A stretch of 55,479 bases of DNA from Candidatus Methylomirabilia bacterium. Its GTDB lineage: Bacteria > Methylomirabilota > Methylomirabilia > Rokubacteriales > CSP1-6. Below are positions 21,481 through 32,499 of this stretch, in pieces. How positions within the stretch are numbered: the first letter of the stretch is position 1; every line of letters begins with the position of its first letter. The notes beneath the pieces were generated by a model. That model did no database searches and was not told the DNA's origin. It worked only from the letters and a program-made list of their open reading frames with translations. A program made the position numbers and the translations under genes. The DNA is taken from positions 1 through 55,479 of the forward strand of contig JBGPXN010000007.1 of the NCBI GenBank assembly GCA_041492755.1. The letters are read 5' to 3'.

Positions 21481-21781
21481 AGATCGAGGCGCGCCACGGG
21501 TTCCCGGGGGCGCTTCCGAACGCAGGGGATCGAGGAGTGCCACAGCTTCGCCGGAGCGCGCCGAGCGTTGGGGGTATGGGGGCCATGTCGGGGCCCCGCG
21601 GGCACGCAAAACGGAAGACGAGGAGCGCCCCGGGTACCCCGGGGCGCTGCCGAGCGGTTGGGGGTATGGGGGCCATGTCGGGGCCCCGCGGGCACGCAAA
21701 ACGGAAGACGAGGAGCGCCCCGGGTACCCCGGGGCGCTGCCGAGCGGTTGGGGGTATGGGGGCCATGTCGGGGCCCCCATG
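21481..21781 (+). repeat. Tandem array of family-1 repeats (90-bp period)
   Basis: TTGGGGGTATGGGGGCCATGTCGGGGCCCC starts at 21568, 21658 and 21748. Two identical 90-bp units plus degenerate 5' copies. Confidence 0.92.
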
Positions 21782-21799
21782 TCTATAGGAGGACCGGTG

Positions 21800-23554
21800 G
21801 TGAAAATGCCAGGTGCGCGCATCGTGCTGGAAGCCCTCAAGCGGGAGGGCGTGGACCTCATCTTCGGGCTGCCCGGAGGCGCCGTCCTGCCCATCTACGA
21901 CGCTCTCTACGACTTCGAGGGCATCCGGCATATTTTGGTCCGTCAGGAAGCGGCGGCCGGCCACGCGGCCGAGGGTTACGCGCGGACGTCGGGCAAGGTC
22001 GGTGTCTGCCTGGTGACCTCGGGTCCCGCGGCCACCAACCTCGTGACCGCGCTGCAGGACGCCCTCATGGACTCGATTCCCATCGTCGCGTTCACGGGGC
22101 AGGTGCCCACGCACCTGATCGGCAACGACGCGTTCCAGGAGGCCGACAACGTCGGCATCACCCGGCCCTGCACCAAGCACAACTTCCTGGTGAAGGACGG
22201 CAAGGATCTCGGGCCGATCATCCGCGAGGCGTTCCACATCGCCGCGACCGGGCGCCCGGGGCCGGTCCACGTCGACCTGCCCAAGGACATCCTCGTCAAG
22301 GAAGCCGAGCTCATCTGGCCGGAGCGGGTCCATCTCCGCTCGTACAACCCGACCTACGACGGCCATCCCGGCCAGATCAAGCGCGCGGCCCGGCTGGTGG
22401 TGACCGCGCGCCGGCCGGTCCTCTACGTGGGCGGCGGCGTGATCTCGGCCGACGCGCACGAGGAGCTGCGCGAGCTGGCGGAGCTGACGCAGATCCCGGT
22501 CACCACCACGCTCATGGGCCTGGGCGCGTTCCCGTCCGAGCACGCACTCTCCCTCGACATGCTGGGCATGCACGGCACGTACTACGCCAACATGGCGGTC
22601 CATCACTCGGACGTGCTCCTCGCCGTGGGCGCCCGCTTCGACGACCGCGTCACCGGCCGCGTGGACGCCTTCGCGCCGAAGGCGGAGATCGTCCACGTCG
22701 ACATCGATCCGTCCTCGATCTCCAAGAACATCAAGGTCGACGTGCCCATCGTCGGCGATTGCCGGCGCGTGCTCCGCGCTCTGGTGGACGCCGTGCGCGA
22801 GGAGCTGGGCAAGCAGACGCCGGCGGCCATGCACGCCGCGCGCACGGACTGGCACGGCCAGATCGCGGAGTGGAAGCGGAACTTCCCGCTGCGCTACGAG
22901 TGGAGCGACGACGTCATCAAGCCGCAGTACGTCATCGAGGAGATCTCGCGGCTGACCGGCGGTGAGGCGCTGCTGGTGACGGGCGTGGGCCAGCACCAGA
23001 TGTGGGCGGCGCAGTACTACCGCTTCAAGCATCCGCGCCACTGGTGCACCTCGGGCGGGCTGGGCACGATGGGCTACGGGCTGCCGACCGCCATGGGCGT
23101 GCAGGCCGCGAACCCCGGGCGGCTCGTCGTCAACATCGACGGTGACGGATCGTTTCAGATGAACAGTCAGGAGATGGCCACCTGCTTCACCGAGGGGTTG
23201 CCGGTCAAGACCGTGATCATCAACAACGGCGGCCATGGCATGGTCCGGCAGTGGCAGCGCATCATCTACAAGGAGCGCTACTGCGCGATCGACCTGCCCG
23301 CCATTCCCGACTGGGTGAAGCTGGCCGAGGCCTACGGCTGCGTGGGGCTTCGCGTCACCAAGCCGTCGGAGGTCGCGCCCGCCCTCGATAAGATGCTGAG
23401 TACGCCGGGGCCGTTCATCCTCGACGTGTGCGTCGACAAGGACGAGTGCGTCTTCCCCATGGTGCCCGCCGGTGGCGCCAACACCGACATGATCCTGACC
23501 GCGCCCACCCGCGAAGTCCGCGAGCGCGCGGCCAAGTCGCAGACGGGGTTCTGA
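21800..23554 (+). CDS. ilvB: Acetolactate synthase large subunit
   Basis: [34 protein letters not shown] and GDGSFQMN motifs; AGGAGG RBS. Confidence 0.96.
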   Translation: MKMPGARIVLEALKREGVDLIFGLPGGAVLPIYDALYDFEGIRHILVRQEAAAGHAAEGYARTSGKVGVCLVTSGPAATNLVTALQDALMDSIPIVAFTGQVPTHLIGNDAFQEADNVGITRPCTKHNFLVKDGKDLGPIIREAFHIAATGRPGPVHVDLPKDILVKEAELIWPERVHLRSYNPTYDGHPGQIKRAARLVVTARRPVLYVGGGVISADAHEELRELAELTQIPVTTTLMGLGAFPSEHALSLDMLGMHGTYYANMAVHHSDVLLAVGARFDDRVTGRVDAFAPKAEIVHVDIDPSSISKNIKVDVPIVGDCRRVLRALVDAVREELGKQTPAAMHAARTDWHGQIAEWKRNFPLRYEWSDDVIKPQYVIEEISRLTGGEALLVTGVGQHQMWAAQYYRFKHPRHWCTSGGLGTMGYGLPTAMGVQAANPGRLVVNIDGDGSFQMNSQEMATCFTEGLPVKTVIINNGGHGMVRQWQRIIYKERYCAIDLPAIPDWVKLAEAYGCVGLRVTKPSEVAPALDKMLSTPGPFILDVCVDKDECVFPMVPAGGANTDMILTAPTREVRERAAKSQTGF

Positions 23555-23556
23555 GC

Positions 23557-24135
23557 ATGGGGACGAACGGGAGCGAGCCGCGCAAGCACACCATCGCCGT
23601 CCTGGTGGAGAACAAGTTCGGCGTCCTCTCCCGGGTGGCGGGGCTGTTCTCGGCGCGGGGCTACAACATCGAGAGCCTCTCGGTGGGCGAGACGCTCGAC
23701 CCCTCGGTGTCGCGGATGACCATCGTGGTCCGGGGCGACGAGTTCGTCATCGAGCAGGTCACCAAGCAACTGCACAAGCTCATCGACGTCATCAAGGTGA
23801 GCGATCTCACCGACGACAGCCACGTCCAGCGCGAGCTCGTGCTGGTGCGGGTCAACGCCGAACCGCAGCACCGCGCCGAGATCCTGCGCACCGCCGACAT
23901 CTTCCGGGCCAAGGTCGTGGACGTGACCGCGGTCAGCTTCGTGCTGGAGGCGACGGGGGAGGAAGGCAAGCTCGAGGCGTTCATCGAGCTGCTGCGGCCG
24001 ATGGGCATCCAGGAACTGGTGCGGACGGGCACCGTGGCCATCGCACGGGGACCGAAGACGCGCACGCGCAAGGTGGAGACACCGCGCAAGGCGCGCGGGC
24101 CGGAGGATCCGCGGGTGGTGGGGTTCGCCGATTAG
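23557..24135 (+). CDS. ilvN: Acetolactate synthase small subunit
   Basis: [28 protein letters not shown] domain; KQLHKLIDV. Confidence 0.95.
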   Translation: MGTNGSEPRKHTIAVLVENKFGVLSRVAGLFSARGYNIESLSVGETLDPSVSRMTIVVRGDEFVIEQVTKQLHKLIDVIKVSDLTDDSHVQRELVLVRVNAEPQHRAEILRTADIFRAKVVDVTAVSFVLEATGEEGKLEAFIELLRPMGIQELVRTGTVAIARGPKTRTRKVETPRKARGPEDPRVVGFAD

Positions 24136-24183
24136 TTTGATGGGGGGCTCCGGGCGCCCCCCAAGAGAAAGGATGCGTAGCGA

Positions 24184-25188
24184 ATGCCGGCAAAGATCTA
24201 CTACGACCAGGACGCCGATCTGGGGCTTCTCAAGGGCAAGAAGATCGCCATCATCGGCTACGGCAGCCAGGGCCACGCCCACGCGCTCAACTTGCACGAT
24301 AGCGGCCAGGACGTGATGGTCGGGCTGTACAAGGGGTCCAAGAGCTGGGCGAAGGCCGAGAAGGACGGGCTGCGGGTGGCCACGGTGAACGAGGCGGCCC
24401 AGGCCGCGTCGGTGATCATGATCCTGCTGCCCGACCAGAGCCAGCGTCAGGTCTTCGAATCGGAGATCAGGGGCGGCCTGGGCAAGGGCAAGATGGTGAT
24501 GTTCGCCCACGGGTTCAACATCCACTTCAACCAGGTGGTGCCGCCCCCCGACGTCGACGTGGCGATGATCGCCCCCAAGGCCCCCGGCCACGTGATGCGC
24601 GATCTGTTCACCCAGGGCCCGGGCGTGCCCGCGCTCCTCGCCGTCCAGCAGGACGTGACGGGCAAGGCCAAGGACATCGCGCTCGCCTACGGCAAGGGCG
24701 TCGGCTGCACGCGGGCCGGCGTGATCGAGACGACGTTCCGGGAGGAGACCGAGACCGACCTGTTCGGCGAGCAGACGACGCTGTGCGGCGGCATCTCGCA
24801 CCTCATCAAGGCCGCCTTCGAGACGCTGGTGGAAGCGGGCTACCAGCCCGAGGTCGCGTACTTCGAGTGCATGCACGAGATGAAGCTGATCGTCGACCTG
24901 TTCTACCAGGGCGGTCTTGCCTACATGCGCTACTCGGTTTCCGACACCGCCGAGTTCGGGGACTACACGCGCGGGCCGCGCGTGGTGAGCGACGAGACCA
25001 AGGCCGAGATGAAAAAGATCCTGGCCGAGATCCAGAACGGCCAGTTCGCGCGGGAGTGGGTGCTCGAGAACCAGGCGAACCGGCCGGCGTTCCTGGCCAT
25101 GCGCAAGCGGGACGCCGATCACCAGATCGAGGAAGTCGGCCAGCGGCTGCGCGCGATGATGTCCTGGATCAAGCCGCCCCGGATGTGA
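24184..25188 (+). CDS. ilvC: Ketol-acid reductoisomerase
   Basis: [22 protein letters not shown] and [10 protein letters not shown] motifs. Confidence 0.97.
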   Translation: MPAKIYYDQDADLGLLKGKKIAIIGYGSQGHAHALNLHDSGQDVMVGLYKGSKSWAKAEKDGLRVATVNEAAQAASVIMILLPDQSQRQVFESEIRGGLGKGKMVMFAHGFNIHFNQVVPPPDVDVAMIAPKAPGHVMRDLFTQGPGVPALLAVQQDVTGKAKDIALAYGKGVGCTRAGVIETTFREETETDLFGEQTTLCGGISHLIKAAFETLVEAGYQPEVAYFECMHEMKLIVDLFYQGGLAYMRYSVSDTAEFGDYTRGPRVVSDETKAEMKKILAEIQNGQFAREWVLENQANRPAFLAMRKRDADHQIEEVGQRLRAMMSWIKPPRM

Positions 25189-25190
25189 CG

Positions 25191-25817
25191 ATGGCCAAGC
25201 TTCCCGTCGCTCGCGAGGGCTGGCCGTTCGTCGCCGTGCCCGCCGTCGTCGCCGGCGCCCTGCTGCTCCTGGGGCGCCGGTTCGGTGCGCTCCCGTTCGC
25301 GGCCGCGGCGGTGGCGTCGCTGGGCTTCTTTCGCGATCCCGAGCGCGACGTGCCCGTGCTTCCCAGCGCGGTGCTGGCGCCCGCGGACGGCAGGGTGACC
25401 GACGTGAGCGACGCCGTCGACAGCTTCGTGGGCCCGGCCGTCCGGGTGTCGATCTTCCTGTCGCCGCTCGACGTGCACGTCACCCGCGCGCCCATCGGGG
25501 GCGTGGTGGTGGACACCGTGTATCGGCCCGGCAAGTTCGTGGCCGCGTATCGGCCCGAGGCCGAGGACAACGAGTCGTGCACGGTGCACATCCAGGGGGA
25601 GAACGCACGGGTCACCGTGACCCAGATCGCGGGGGTGGTGGCCCGGCGGATCGTGTGTCGGGTCGGTGCCGGCGACACGCTCGGGCCGGGCGCCCGCATC
25701 GGGATGATCCGGTTCGGCTCGCGGACCGACATCCACATGCCGCGCGGCACCGACGTGCGCGTCCGTCCTGGTGACCGCGTCGTCGGTGGAGTCACCGTCA
25801 TCGGAGTGCTGCCCTGA
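25191..25817 (+). CDS. psd: Phosphatidylserine decarboxylase proenzyme
   Basis: FFRDPER, APADG, IFLSPLDVH and RFGSRTD cleavage motif. Confidence 0.93.
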   Translation: MAKLPVAREGWPFVAVPAVVAGALLLLGRRFGALPFAAAAVASLGFFRDPERDVPVLPSAVLAPADGRVTDVSDAVDSFVGPAVRVSIFLSPLDVHVTRAPIGGVVVDTVYRPGKFVAAYRPEAEDNESCTVHIQGENARVTVTQIAGVVARRIVCRVGAGDTLGPGARIGMIRFGSRTDIHMPRGTDVRVRPGDRVVGGVTVIGVLP

Positions 25818-25839
25818 CGACGGCGGCGATCGGCGTCCG

Positions 25840-26643
25840 GTGGACCGGGTAGTGCGGCGCCACGGCAAGGGCGTGCGGCGGCGGCGCTGGCAGGAGCTTC
25901 GCGAGCAGCGCGGTCGCGGGATCTTTTTGCTCCCGAGCTTGCTCACCACCGGCAACCTGTTCTGCGGCTTCTTCTCCATGCTCCTGAGCGTGGACCACCG
26001 CTATCAGGAAGCGGCGCTCGCCGTCCTCGTCGCCATGGTGATGGACCTCCTCGACGGCCGCGTCGCGCGGCTCATGAAGGCCACCAGCAAGTTCGGTGTC
26101 GAATACGACTCCCTCGCCGACGTCGTGTCGTTCTGCGTGGCGCCGGCGTTCCTGCTCTACTCGTTCGCGCTGTCCCGGCTCGGGCGGCCGGCGTGGTTCG
26201 GCGCTTTTCTCTTCGTGATCTGTGGAGCGTTGCGCCTGGCCCGCTTCAACGTGTTCACCGGCACCACCGACCGCCGCTACTTCATCGGCCTCTCCACCCC
26301 GGCCGCGGCCGGGGTGGCGGCGTCCACCGTCCTGCTGCTCCAGGGGCAGGAGCTCACGCGCTGGATGCTGGTGGCGATCGCCGTCGGCACCTACCTGGTG
26401 GCGATGCTGATGGTGTCGACGTTTCGCTACTGGAGCTTCAAGGAATTCGGCTTCGCCCGGCGCCGCCCCTTCCAGACGCTGCTGGTCGTGGTGCTCGGGG
26501 TCATGATCGTGGCCGCCAAGCACGAGGTCTTCCTGTTCGTCCTGTTCGTCGGGTACGCGATCTCCGGACCGGGGCGCCGCCTCGCGGTGGGCCGGACTCC
26601 GGTGCCCGCGACCTGCGAGCTCGGGCTCAGGGAGTCATACTGA
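25840..26643 (+). CDS. pssA: CDP-diacylglycerol--serine O-phosphatidyltransferase
   Basis: LPSLLTTGNLFCG, DLLDGRVAR...DSLADVVSF and LRLARFN motifs. Start approximate. Confidence 0.92.
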   Translation: MDRVVRRHGKGVRRRRWQELREQRGRGIFLLPSLLTTGNLFCGFFSMLLSVDHRYQEAALAVLVAMVMDLLDGRVARLMKATSKFGVEYDSLADVVSFCVAPAFLLYSFALSRLGRPAWFGAFLFVICGALRLARFNVFTGTTDRRYFIGLSTPAAAGVAASTVLLLQGQELTRWMLVAIAVGTYLVAMLMVSTFRYWSFKEFGFARRRPFQTLLVVVLGVMIVAAKHEVFLFVLFVGYAISGPGRRLAVGRTPVPATCELGLRESY

Positions 26644-26652
26644 GGAGGACGT

Positions 26653-28194
26653 ATGGACCGCGTCATCATCTTCGACACGACGTTGCGGGACGGCGAGCAG
26701 TCACCCGGCTTCTCCATGAACGCGCTGGAAAAGCTCGAGATGGCCCGCCAGCTCGCCCGCCTGAACGTGGACGTCATCGAGGCCGGGTTCCCGATCTCCT
26801 CGGACGAGGACTTCGCGGCGACGCGGGAGGTGGCGCGGCAGGTGGGGACGCTGGACGGCGCGCCGGCCATCTGCGGGCTGAGCCGGGTCGGCCTGGGCGA
26901 CATCGACCGCTGCTGGGAGGCGGTGAGATACGCCCGCCACCCCCGCATCCACACCTTCGTGGCCACCTCCGACATCCATCTCAAGTACAAGCTGCGCAAG
27001 TCGCGCGCCGAGGTGCTGAAGGCGGCGGTGGAAGCGGTGCGCCACGCGCGCGGCTACTGCGAGGACGTCGAGTTCTCGCCGGAAGACGCGTCCCGCTCCG
27101 ACTTCGACTACATGTGCGACGTGCTGTCCGCCGTCATCGAGGCCGGCGCCGGCACCATCAACATCCCGGACACCGTCGGCTACGCCATCCCGGCCGAGTG
27201 GGGTGAGCGCATCGGGCGCATCCGCGAGAAGGTGCAGGGCGTCGACAACGTCGTCGTCTCCGTCCATTGTCACAACGACCTCGGGCAGGCGGTGGCGAAC
27301 TCGCTCACCGCGCTCATGCACGGCGCGCGTCAGATCGAGTGCACGATCAACGGGATCGGCGAGCGCGCCGGCAACGCGTCGCTGGAAGAGATCGTGATGG
27401 CGCTGCGCACGCGGAAGGACTTCTTCGGCATCGAGACCCGGGTGCGGACGGAAGAGCTCTTCAAGACCTCGCGGATGCTGTCGCACATCACCGGCATCCA
27501 CGTGCAGCCCAACAAGGCGGTGGTGGGCGAGAACGCCTTCGCCCACGAGGCGGGCATCCACCAGGACGGCGTCCTCAAGGAAAAGCTCACCTACGAGATC
27601 ATGCGGCCGGAGGACGTCGGCCGGCCCTCCAACAAGCTCGTCCTCGGCAAGCACTCGGGGCGGCACGCGCTGGCCGCGCGGCTCAAGGAACTCGGCTTCG
27701 ATCTCACCGGCGCGGATCTCGACCGGGCCTTCAAGGCCTTCAAGAGCCTGGCCGACCGCAAGAAGGAGGTCTACGACGAAGACCTTCTCGCGCTCGTGGC
27801 CGAAGAGGCCGGGCAGACCAAGGGCTACCAGCTCGACTACCTGCACGTGATCAGCGGCACCAGCGTGATCCCGTCCGCCACCGTCCGCCTGCGCAAGGAC
27901 GATCAAACCTTCCAGGACTCCGGCGTGGGCGACGGGCCGGTGGATGCGGTGCTGGCCGCCATCGACGCCATCACCGGCACCAAGGGCCGGCTCCAGGATT
28001 ACTCACTGCGCGCGGCCACCTCCGGCAAGGATGCGCTGGGCGAGGTCGCCATGAAGGTCGATTTCGACGGCACCGTGGTCGCCGGCCGGGGCTCGTCCAC
28101 CGACGTGATCGAGGCGAGCGCCCGGGCCTATCTTTCCGCTATCAACCGCCTGGCCCAGCCTGCGGCCGCCCGCGTCAAGGAAATCGGCCCCTGA
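26653..28194 (+). CDS. leuA: 2-isopropylmalate synthase
   Basis: [38 protein letters not shown] and C-terminal GDGPVDA regulatory domain. Confidence 0.96.
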   Translation: MDRVIIFDTTLRDGEQSPGFSMNALEKLEMARQLARLNVDVIEAGFPISSDEDFAATREVARQVGTLDGAPAICGLSRVGLGDIDRCWEAVRYARHPRIHTFVATSDIHLKYKLRKSRAEVLKAAVEAVRHARGYCEDVEFSPEDASRSDFDYMCDVLSAVIEAGAGTINIPDTVGYAIPAEWGERIGRIREKVQGVDNVVVSVHCHNDLGQAVANSLTALMHGARQIECTINGIGERAGNASLEEIVMALRTRKDFFGIETRVRTEELFKTSRMLSHITGIHVQPNKAVVGENAFAHEAGIHQDGVLKEKLTYEIMRPEDVGRPSNKLVLGKHSGRHALAARLKELGFDLTGADLDRAFKAFKSLADRKKEVYDEDLLALVAEEAGQTKGYQLDYLHVISGTSVIPSATVRLRKDDQTFQDSGVGDGPVDAVLAAIDAITGTKGRLQDYSLRAATSGKDALGEVAMKVDFDGTVVAGRGSSTDVIEASARAYLSAINRLAQPAAARVKEIGP

Positions 28195-28238
28195 GGACTC
28201 CATGACGATGCCCATCGCGATCCGCGAGCTCGACTGAC

Positions 28239-29342
28239 GTGGCCAGCTACCGCATCGCGGTCCTTCCCGGTGACGGGATCGGGCGGGAGGTCACGCCCGA
28301 GGCCGTCCGCGTGTTGGAATCGGTGGCCCATGCCACCGGCATGAAGCTCGAGTTCGAGCGCGCGCTCGTGGGTGGCGCCGCCATCGATGCCACCGGGGCG
28401 CCGCTGCCGCCCTCCACGCTGACCCTGTGCCGCGACGCCGACGCGATCCTCTTCGGCTCCGTGGGCGGACCCAAATGGGACAACCAGCCCCAGGAGACCA
28501 AGCCCGAGCGCGGCCTGCTCGCGGTGCGCAAGGAGCTCGATCTCTTCGCGAACCTCCGGCCCGCCCGGTGCTTTCCCATGCTGGTGGACGCGTCGCCGCT
28601 GAAGCGCTCGGTGGTGGAGGGGACCGATATCATGGTCATCCGCGAGCTTACCGGTGGTCTCTACTACGGCGAGCCGCGCGGCCTCCAGCGCCTTCCCGAC
28701 GGCAGCACCCGCGGCGTGAACACCATGGTCTACACCACGGCGGAGATCGAGCGGGTGGTGCGCGTCGGCTTCGAGGTGGCGCGCAAGCGCCGCCGGCGGC
28801 TGACGTCGGTCGACAAGGCCAACGTGCTCGTCGTCTCCCAGCTCTGGCGCGACGTCGTCAATGGCCTGGCCAAAGACTATCCTGACGTGACGCTCGAGCA
28901 CGTGCTCGTCGACAACTGCGCGATGGCGCTCGTCCAGCGGCCGACTCAATTCGACACCATCGTCACCGAAAATACCTTCGGTGATATTTTGTCGGACGAG
29001 GCGGCGATCCTCGCCGGCTCCATGGGCATGCTGCCGTCGGCGTCGCTGGGCCCCGCGGGAACCGGAACCGGCAAGATCGGGCTCTACGAGCCCGTTCACG
29101 GCACGGCGCCCGACATCGCGGGCCAGGGCATCGCCAACCCGATCGCGGCCATCCTGTCGGCGGCGATGCTGCTGCGGTACTCGCTCGATCGCAACGAGGA
29201 CGCGGCGCGGGTGGAGACCGCGGTGACTCGCGTGCTGGAGGCCGGCCACCGTACGCGTGACATCGCGGCGGCCGGTGCGACCGCCACCGGCACCAAGCAG
29301 ATGGGAGACCTCATCGTGCGGGAGCTGGAGAAGCAGTACTGA
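28239..29342 (+). CDS. leuB: 3-isopropylmalate dehydrogenase
   Basis: [26 protein letters not shown] and [14 protein letters not shown] motifs. Confidence 0.96.
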   Translation: MASYRIAVLPGDGIGREVTPEAVRVLESVAHATGMKLEFERALVGGAAIDATGAPLPPSTLTLCRDADAILFGSVGGPKWDNQPQETKPERGLLAVRKELDLFANLRPARCFPMLVDASPLKRSVVEGTDIMVIRELTGGLYYGEPRGLQRLPDGSTRGVNTMVYTTAEIERVVRVGFEVARKRRRRLTSVDKANVLVVSQLWRDVVNGLAKDYPDVTLEHVLVDNCAMALVQRPTQFDTIVTENTFGDILSDEAAILAGSMGMLPSASLGPAGTGTGKIGLYEPVHGTAPDIAGQGIANPIAAILSAAMLLRYSLDRNEDAARVETAVTRVLEAGHRTRDIAAAGATATGTKQMGDLIVRELEKQY

Positions 29343-29466
29343 TGCGCTATCCGATGCCGGTCACGGTCGAGGGCCAGGACGACTGCTTCGTCGGCCGCAT
29401 TCGCGCCGCCGTGCAGATCGCCGAGCTCCTCGTCCGGACGTAGCGGAGGGCGCGGGCACGTTCGGC

Positions 29467-29769
29467 GTGCGGCGGCACTATCACAAGCGGTTCGGGAATC
29501 ACGCGCGGTTCCACGTCGCCGTCCTGCTGACCATCATCGTCGTCGCGTATCTGGTCGTGCCCGGGGTGCTGCGTTTCGCCGCCGCCATCGGCGGATGGGA
29601 CCCGAGCTACTACGAGCCCAAGGATTTCAGCCGGACGGATTGGCTCGCCGATCGGCGGGGCCAGGTGGCGCTCACCAACTTCTCGTGGGACGCCATCATC
29701 AACATCCTGCTCTTCCTGCTGGTAGCCGCCGTCTGGCTCTTCGTGATGCCGTGGGGCCGGCGGCGGTAG
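29467..29769 (+). CDS. Small hypothetical membrane protein
   Basis: Two hydrophobic helices around YYEPKDF; coding-like codon usage. Confidence 0.6.
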   Translation: MRRHYHKRFGNHARFHVAVLLTIIVVAYLVVPGVLRFAAAIGGWDPSYYEPKDFSRTDWLADRRGQVALTNFSWDAIINILLFLLVAAVWLFVMPWGRRR

Positions 29770-29773
29770 CACC

Positions 29774-30517
29774 ACGCCGCCCGCCCGCGTCCTCCGGCTC
29801 GTCCTCGCCTACGACGGCACCGCGTACCACGGCTGGCAGGTCCAGCCGGGCCTCCCCACCGTTCAGGGCCTCCTGATCGTCGCCACCCGGCGCCTGCTCG
29901 GCGACGATACGCGCGTGACCGGCGCCAGTCGCACCGACGCCGGCGTCCACGCGCTCGGTCAGGTGGTGTCGATCCAAACCACCAGCGCGCTGGCGCCCCC
30001 AGCGGTGATGGGCGCGCTCAACGCGACGCTGCCCCCCGACGTCAGGGTGCTTGCCGCCGCCGACGCGCCGCCCACGTTCGATGCTCGCCGCGCGGCCGCC
30101 GGCAAGCGCTACGCGTACCTCATCGACGCCGGACGTGTCGCCGTGCCACTGCTTCGTCGCTACGCGTGGCACGTCCCCTATGCGCTCGACGCCAACGCCA
30201 TCCGGTGCGCGCTGGCGACGCTGCGCGGCCGTCACGACTTCAGCGCGTTCTGCGCGGCGGCCGGGCGCGACAAGGACCCCGTGTGCGTGGTGCGCGCCGT
30301 CCACGTCGTGCGCCGCCGGCAGCGGCTGGCCGTCCTCGTCTCCGCGGACCGCTTTCTGCACCACATGGTGCGTGTCATCGTCGGCAGCGTGGTCGAGGTC
30401 GGACGCGGGGCGCGGGAGCCCGGCTGGCTCACGGCCGCGCTGGCTTCGCGCGACCGCACGCACGCCGGACCCACCGCGCCCGCGCAGGGCCTCACGCTCG
30501 TCCGGGTGGTGTATTGA
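29774..30517 (+). CDS. truA: tRNA pseudouridine(38-40) synthase (no canonical start codon visible)
   Basis: In-frame LAYDGTAYHGWQVQP, GASRTDAGVHALGQ, GRHDFSAF, FLHHMVR and TAPAQGL motifs. Confidence 0.9.
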   Translation, partial: TPPARVLRLVLAYDGTAYHGWQVQPGLPTVQGLLIVATRRLLGDDTRVTGASRTDAGVHALGQVVSIQTTSALAPPAVMGALNATLPPDVRVLAAADAPPTFDARRAAAGKRYAYLIDAGRVAVPLLRRYAWHVPYALDANAIRCALATLRGRHDFSAFCAAAGRDKDPVCVVRAVHVVRRRQRLAVLVSADRFLHHMVRVIVGSVVEVGRGAREPGWLTAALASRDRTHAGPTAPAQGLTLVRVVY

Positions 30518-30564
30518 GCTCGGAGGAAGGTTTTAGTACGCCGTTTCGTAATTTAATTTCGGTG

Positions 30565-31043
30565 ACGTCCCGATGGTGGAGCGCTCTCCGTAACGCCGGC
30601 GGAATCGTTCGGGTGCGGGCGCCGACCTCGAGCAGGCGCCCGTCGGGGTCGTGCCGCATCACCACCCGGCTGGCGTCGCACGCCAGGCGCTGCGACGTTC
30701 CCGCGGAAACGCGCACCCCGTCCTCGAGGACGGACTGGCCCGGCTGATCCGCGTCGGCCAGTACCGGGGCATCGACGTGGACCACCACCTGGTACCGCTT
30801 GCCCGGTGCGCCGGGATCGAGCCCGTGGTGCAGGCCGTCTCCGCGAGTAGGGCCAGCGCGTCCGCCTGCTGCTGGGGCATCGTCGGGATCTCCGCTGATG
30901 CGTCGGCCGTGTCCGCCTCCTGCCCGCGTGCCTGCTGATACAGCGTCTCGCGCGCGGCGGCCAGCGCCCGCAGGAGCAGGGCGCCGACCTCCGGTGCCAG
31001 CCGCCCTCGGAGCACCACCGTACCGTCCTCGTCCTGATACACA
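30565..31043 (-). pseudogene. Truncated, frameshifted DUF222/HNH endonuclease-family remnant
   Basis: DEDGTVVLRGRLAPEVG...QQQADAL in one frame, then YQVVVHVD...RLACDA...VGARTRTIPPALRRALHHRD in another (shift near 30835). Ends before the HNH cysteines. Confidence 0.75.
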
Positions 31044-31154
31044 TCGAAGCCTTCTACAATGGGCAGCGCCGGCATTCGGCGCTCGGGTATTTTAGCCCGC
31101 GAGCCTTCGAGCGGCAGCGCGCCCAGGTAGCGGCAGCATCGGGAACTTAACCCA

Positions 31155-31181
31155 GGTGTCTACGAAACCGGGGCAGGTTCA
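31155..31181 (-). mobile_element. Solitary IS3-family-like terminal inverted repeat
   Basis: Minus strand TGAACCTGCCCCGGTTTCGTAGACACC resembles IS3-family ends (recalled pattern). No transposase or partner IR seen. Confidence 0.45.
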
Positions 31182-31650
31182 ACCTACGCGGCGCTGGTGC
31201 TCGCCGAACTTTGTCATTCTCCAGAACTGTGTTGCACGGAAGACGCTGCGCCTTTCGCAGGGTCGTCCGCGTAAGCGCGTCGGGCCGGGCGGAAATCGTG
31301 CCTGACCGGGCGCGGCGTACCACCAAACTCCTGACGCGGCCGGATACCCCGACCGGGGATATTCAGCGAGCGTCGGCCTTCCGGCTCGGTGGTCATGGGT
31401 CGAGGACGCGGTTGGCAGGGCTCGTGACGCGGGCCGGGCCGCGGTTGAGGACGTCGGCGCACCGTCGTGGGTCTGAAGACCCATAGTTGCCGGCAGAATA
31501 GGGCTCGCCTGGGGTAGGCGCAAGGAGTTTGGTGAAGCGATACGGTGCTCCGTAACAACCGGCGCTCGAACAGCGGTTGGTTCAAGCGCGGCAGGGCCAG
31601 TGCGGGGAAGCCTTCCCGAGGCAGGACTGCTAGAATCGAGTCCGAAGCAC

Positions 31651-32427
31651 ATGCGCTCCTATCTGCGGATCCGCGGTGATCGGGTTGAAGAGACGACCGG
31701 CGAGGTTGTCCGCGAGCAGCCGCTGACGATCTACGTCAACGGCGAAAAATTCCTGACCGTGCTCTGCTCGCCGCTCCAGCTCGAGGCGCTGATCGTCGGC
31801 TACCTCTGGATGGAGAAGGTCATCGCCGATCTCGCCGACGTGAAGCAGCTCGACGTCTCACCGGTGGACGGGCGCGCCGACGTCGTGCTCGCCGGCCCCG
31901 TCGAGTTGCCGACGGAGCGCATCCTGACGTCGGGCTGCGGGGGCGGAATCACCTTTCGGATCGACCACCGTCTGTTCCCGCGTCTGCACTCGTCGCTGAA
32001 GATCCGCCCGGAGCAGCTGTCGCTACGCATGAAGGACCTCTTCAACGCCGCCGTGCACTACAAGCTCTCGCGCGGGATCCACGGCGCTGCCCTCTCCGAC
32101 GGCGAGCGGCTGCTGGTGGTGGCGGAGGACGTGGGGCGTCACAACGCGGTGGACAAGGTGAAGGGGGAGGCCATGCTCCGCGGCATCCCGACCGACGACC
32201 GTCTGCTGCTGTCCACCGGCCGGATTTCCTCGGAGATGCTGCTCAAGGCGGCCCGGATGGGCGTGCCGCTCGTCGCCTCCCGGACGTCGCCGACCGAGAT
32301 GGCGGTCGCGCTCGCCGAGCAGCTCGGCGTCACCGTTTGCGGCTACGTGCGGGCCGAGGGCTTCAACCTCTATGCGGGCGACGCGATCACGATGGACGCG
32401 GAGGTGACGAGGTCGGGTAACCCCTGA
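31651..32427 (+). CDS. fdhD: Formate dehydrogenase accessory sulfurtransferase
   Basis: EQPLTIYVNG, TSGCGGG, GIHGAAL, EDVGRHNAVDK and TGRISSEM motifs. Confidence 0.92.
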   Translation: MRSYLRIRGDRVEETTGEVVREQPLTIYVNGEKFLTVLCSPLQLEALIVGYLWMEKVIADLADVKQLDVSPVDGRADVVLAGPVELPTERILTSGCGGGITFRIDHRLFPRLHSSLKIRPEQLSLRMKDLFNAAVHYKLSRGIHGAALSDGERLLVVAEDVGRHNAVDKVKGEAMLRGIPTDDRLLLSTGRISSEMLLKAARMGVPLVASRTSPTEMAVALAEQLGVTVCGYVRAEGFNLYAGDAITMDAEVTRSGNP

Positions 32428-32499
32428 GGCCAACGGCCTCGGTTGGCGTGTAAGGCATCGGAATTGTGGTAACGTCGTGCGACGCGGCATGGCCGTGTG

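Noticed and set aside
21481..21781. Possible CRISPR array
   Set aside because: Intervening sequences are identical, there are no cas genes, and the unit occurs dispersed elsewhere, so it is REP-like.
25191..26643. psd-pssA inside the ilv/leu cluster as a novelty
   Set aside because: ilvC-psd-pssA-leuA is a known arrangement in several bacterial groups.
31440..31495. c-di-GMP-I riboswitch-like fragment (GGGTCT...GTTGCCG)
   Set aside because: Lacks the GGCAAA/GCAAA core and first-stem architecture.
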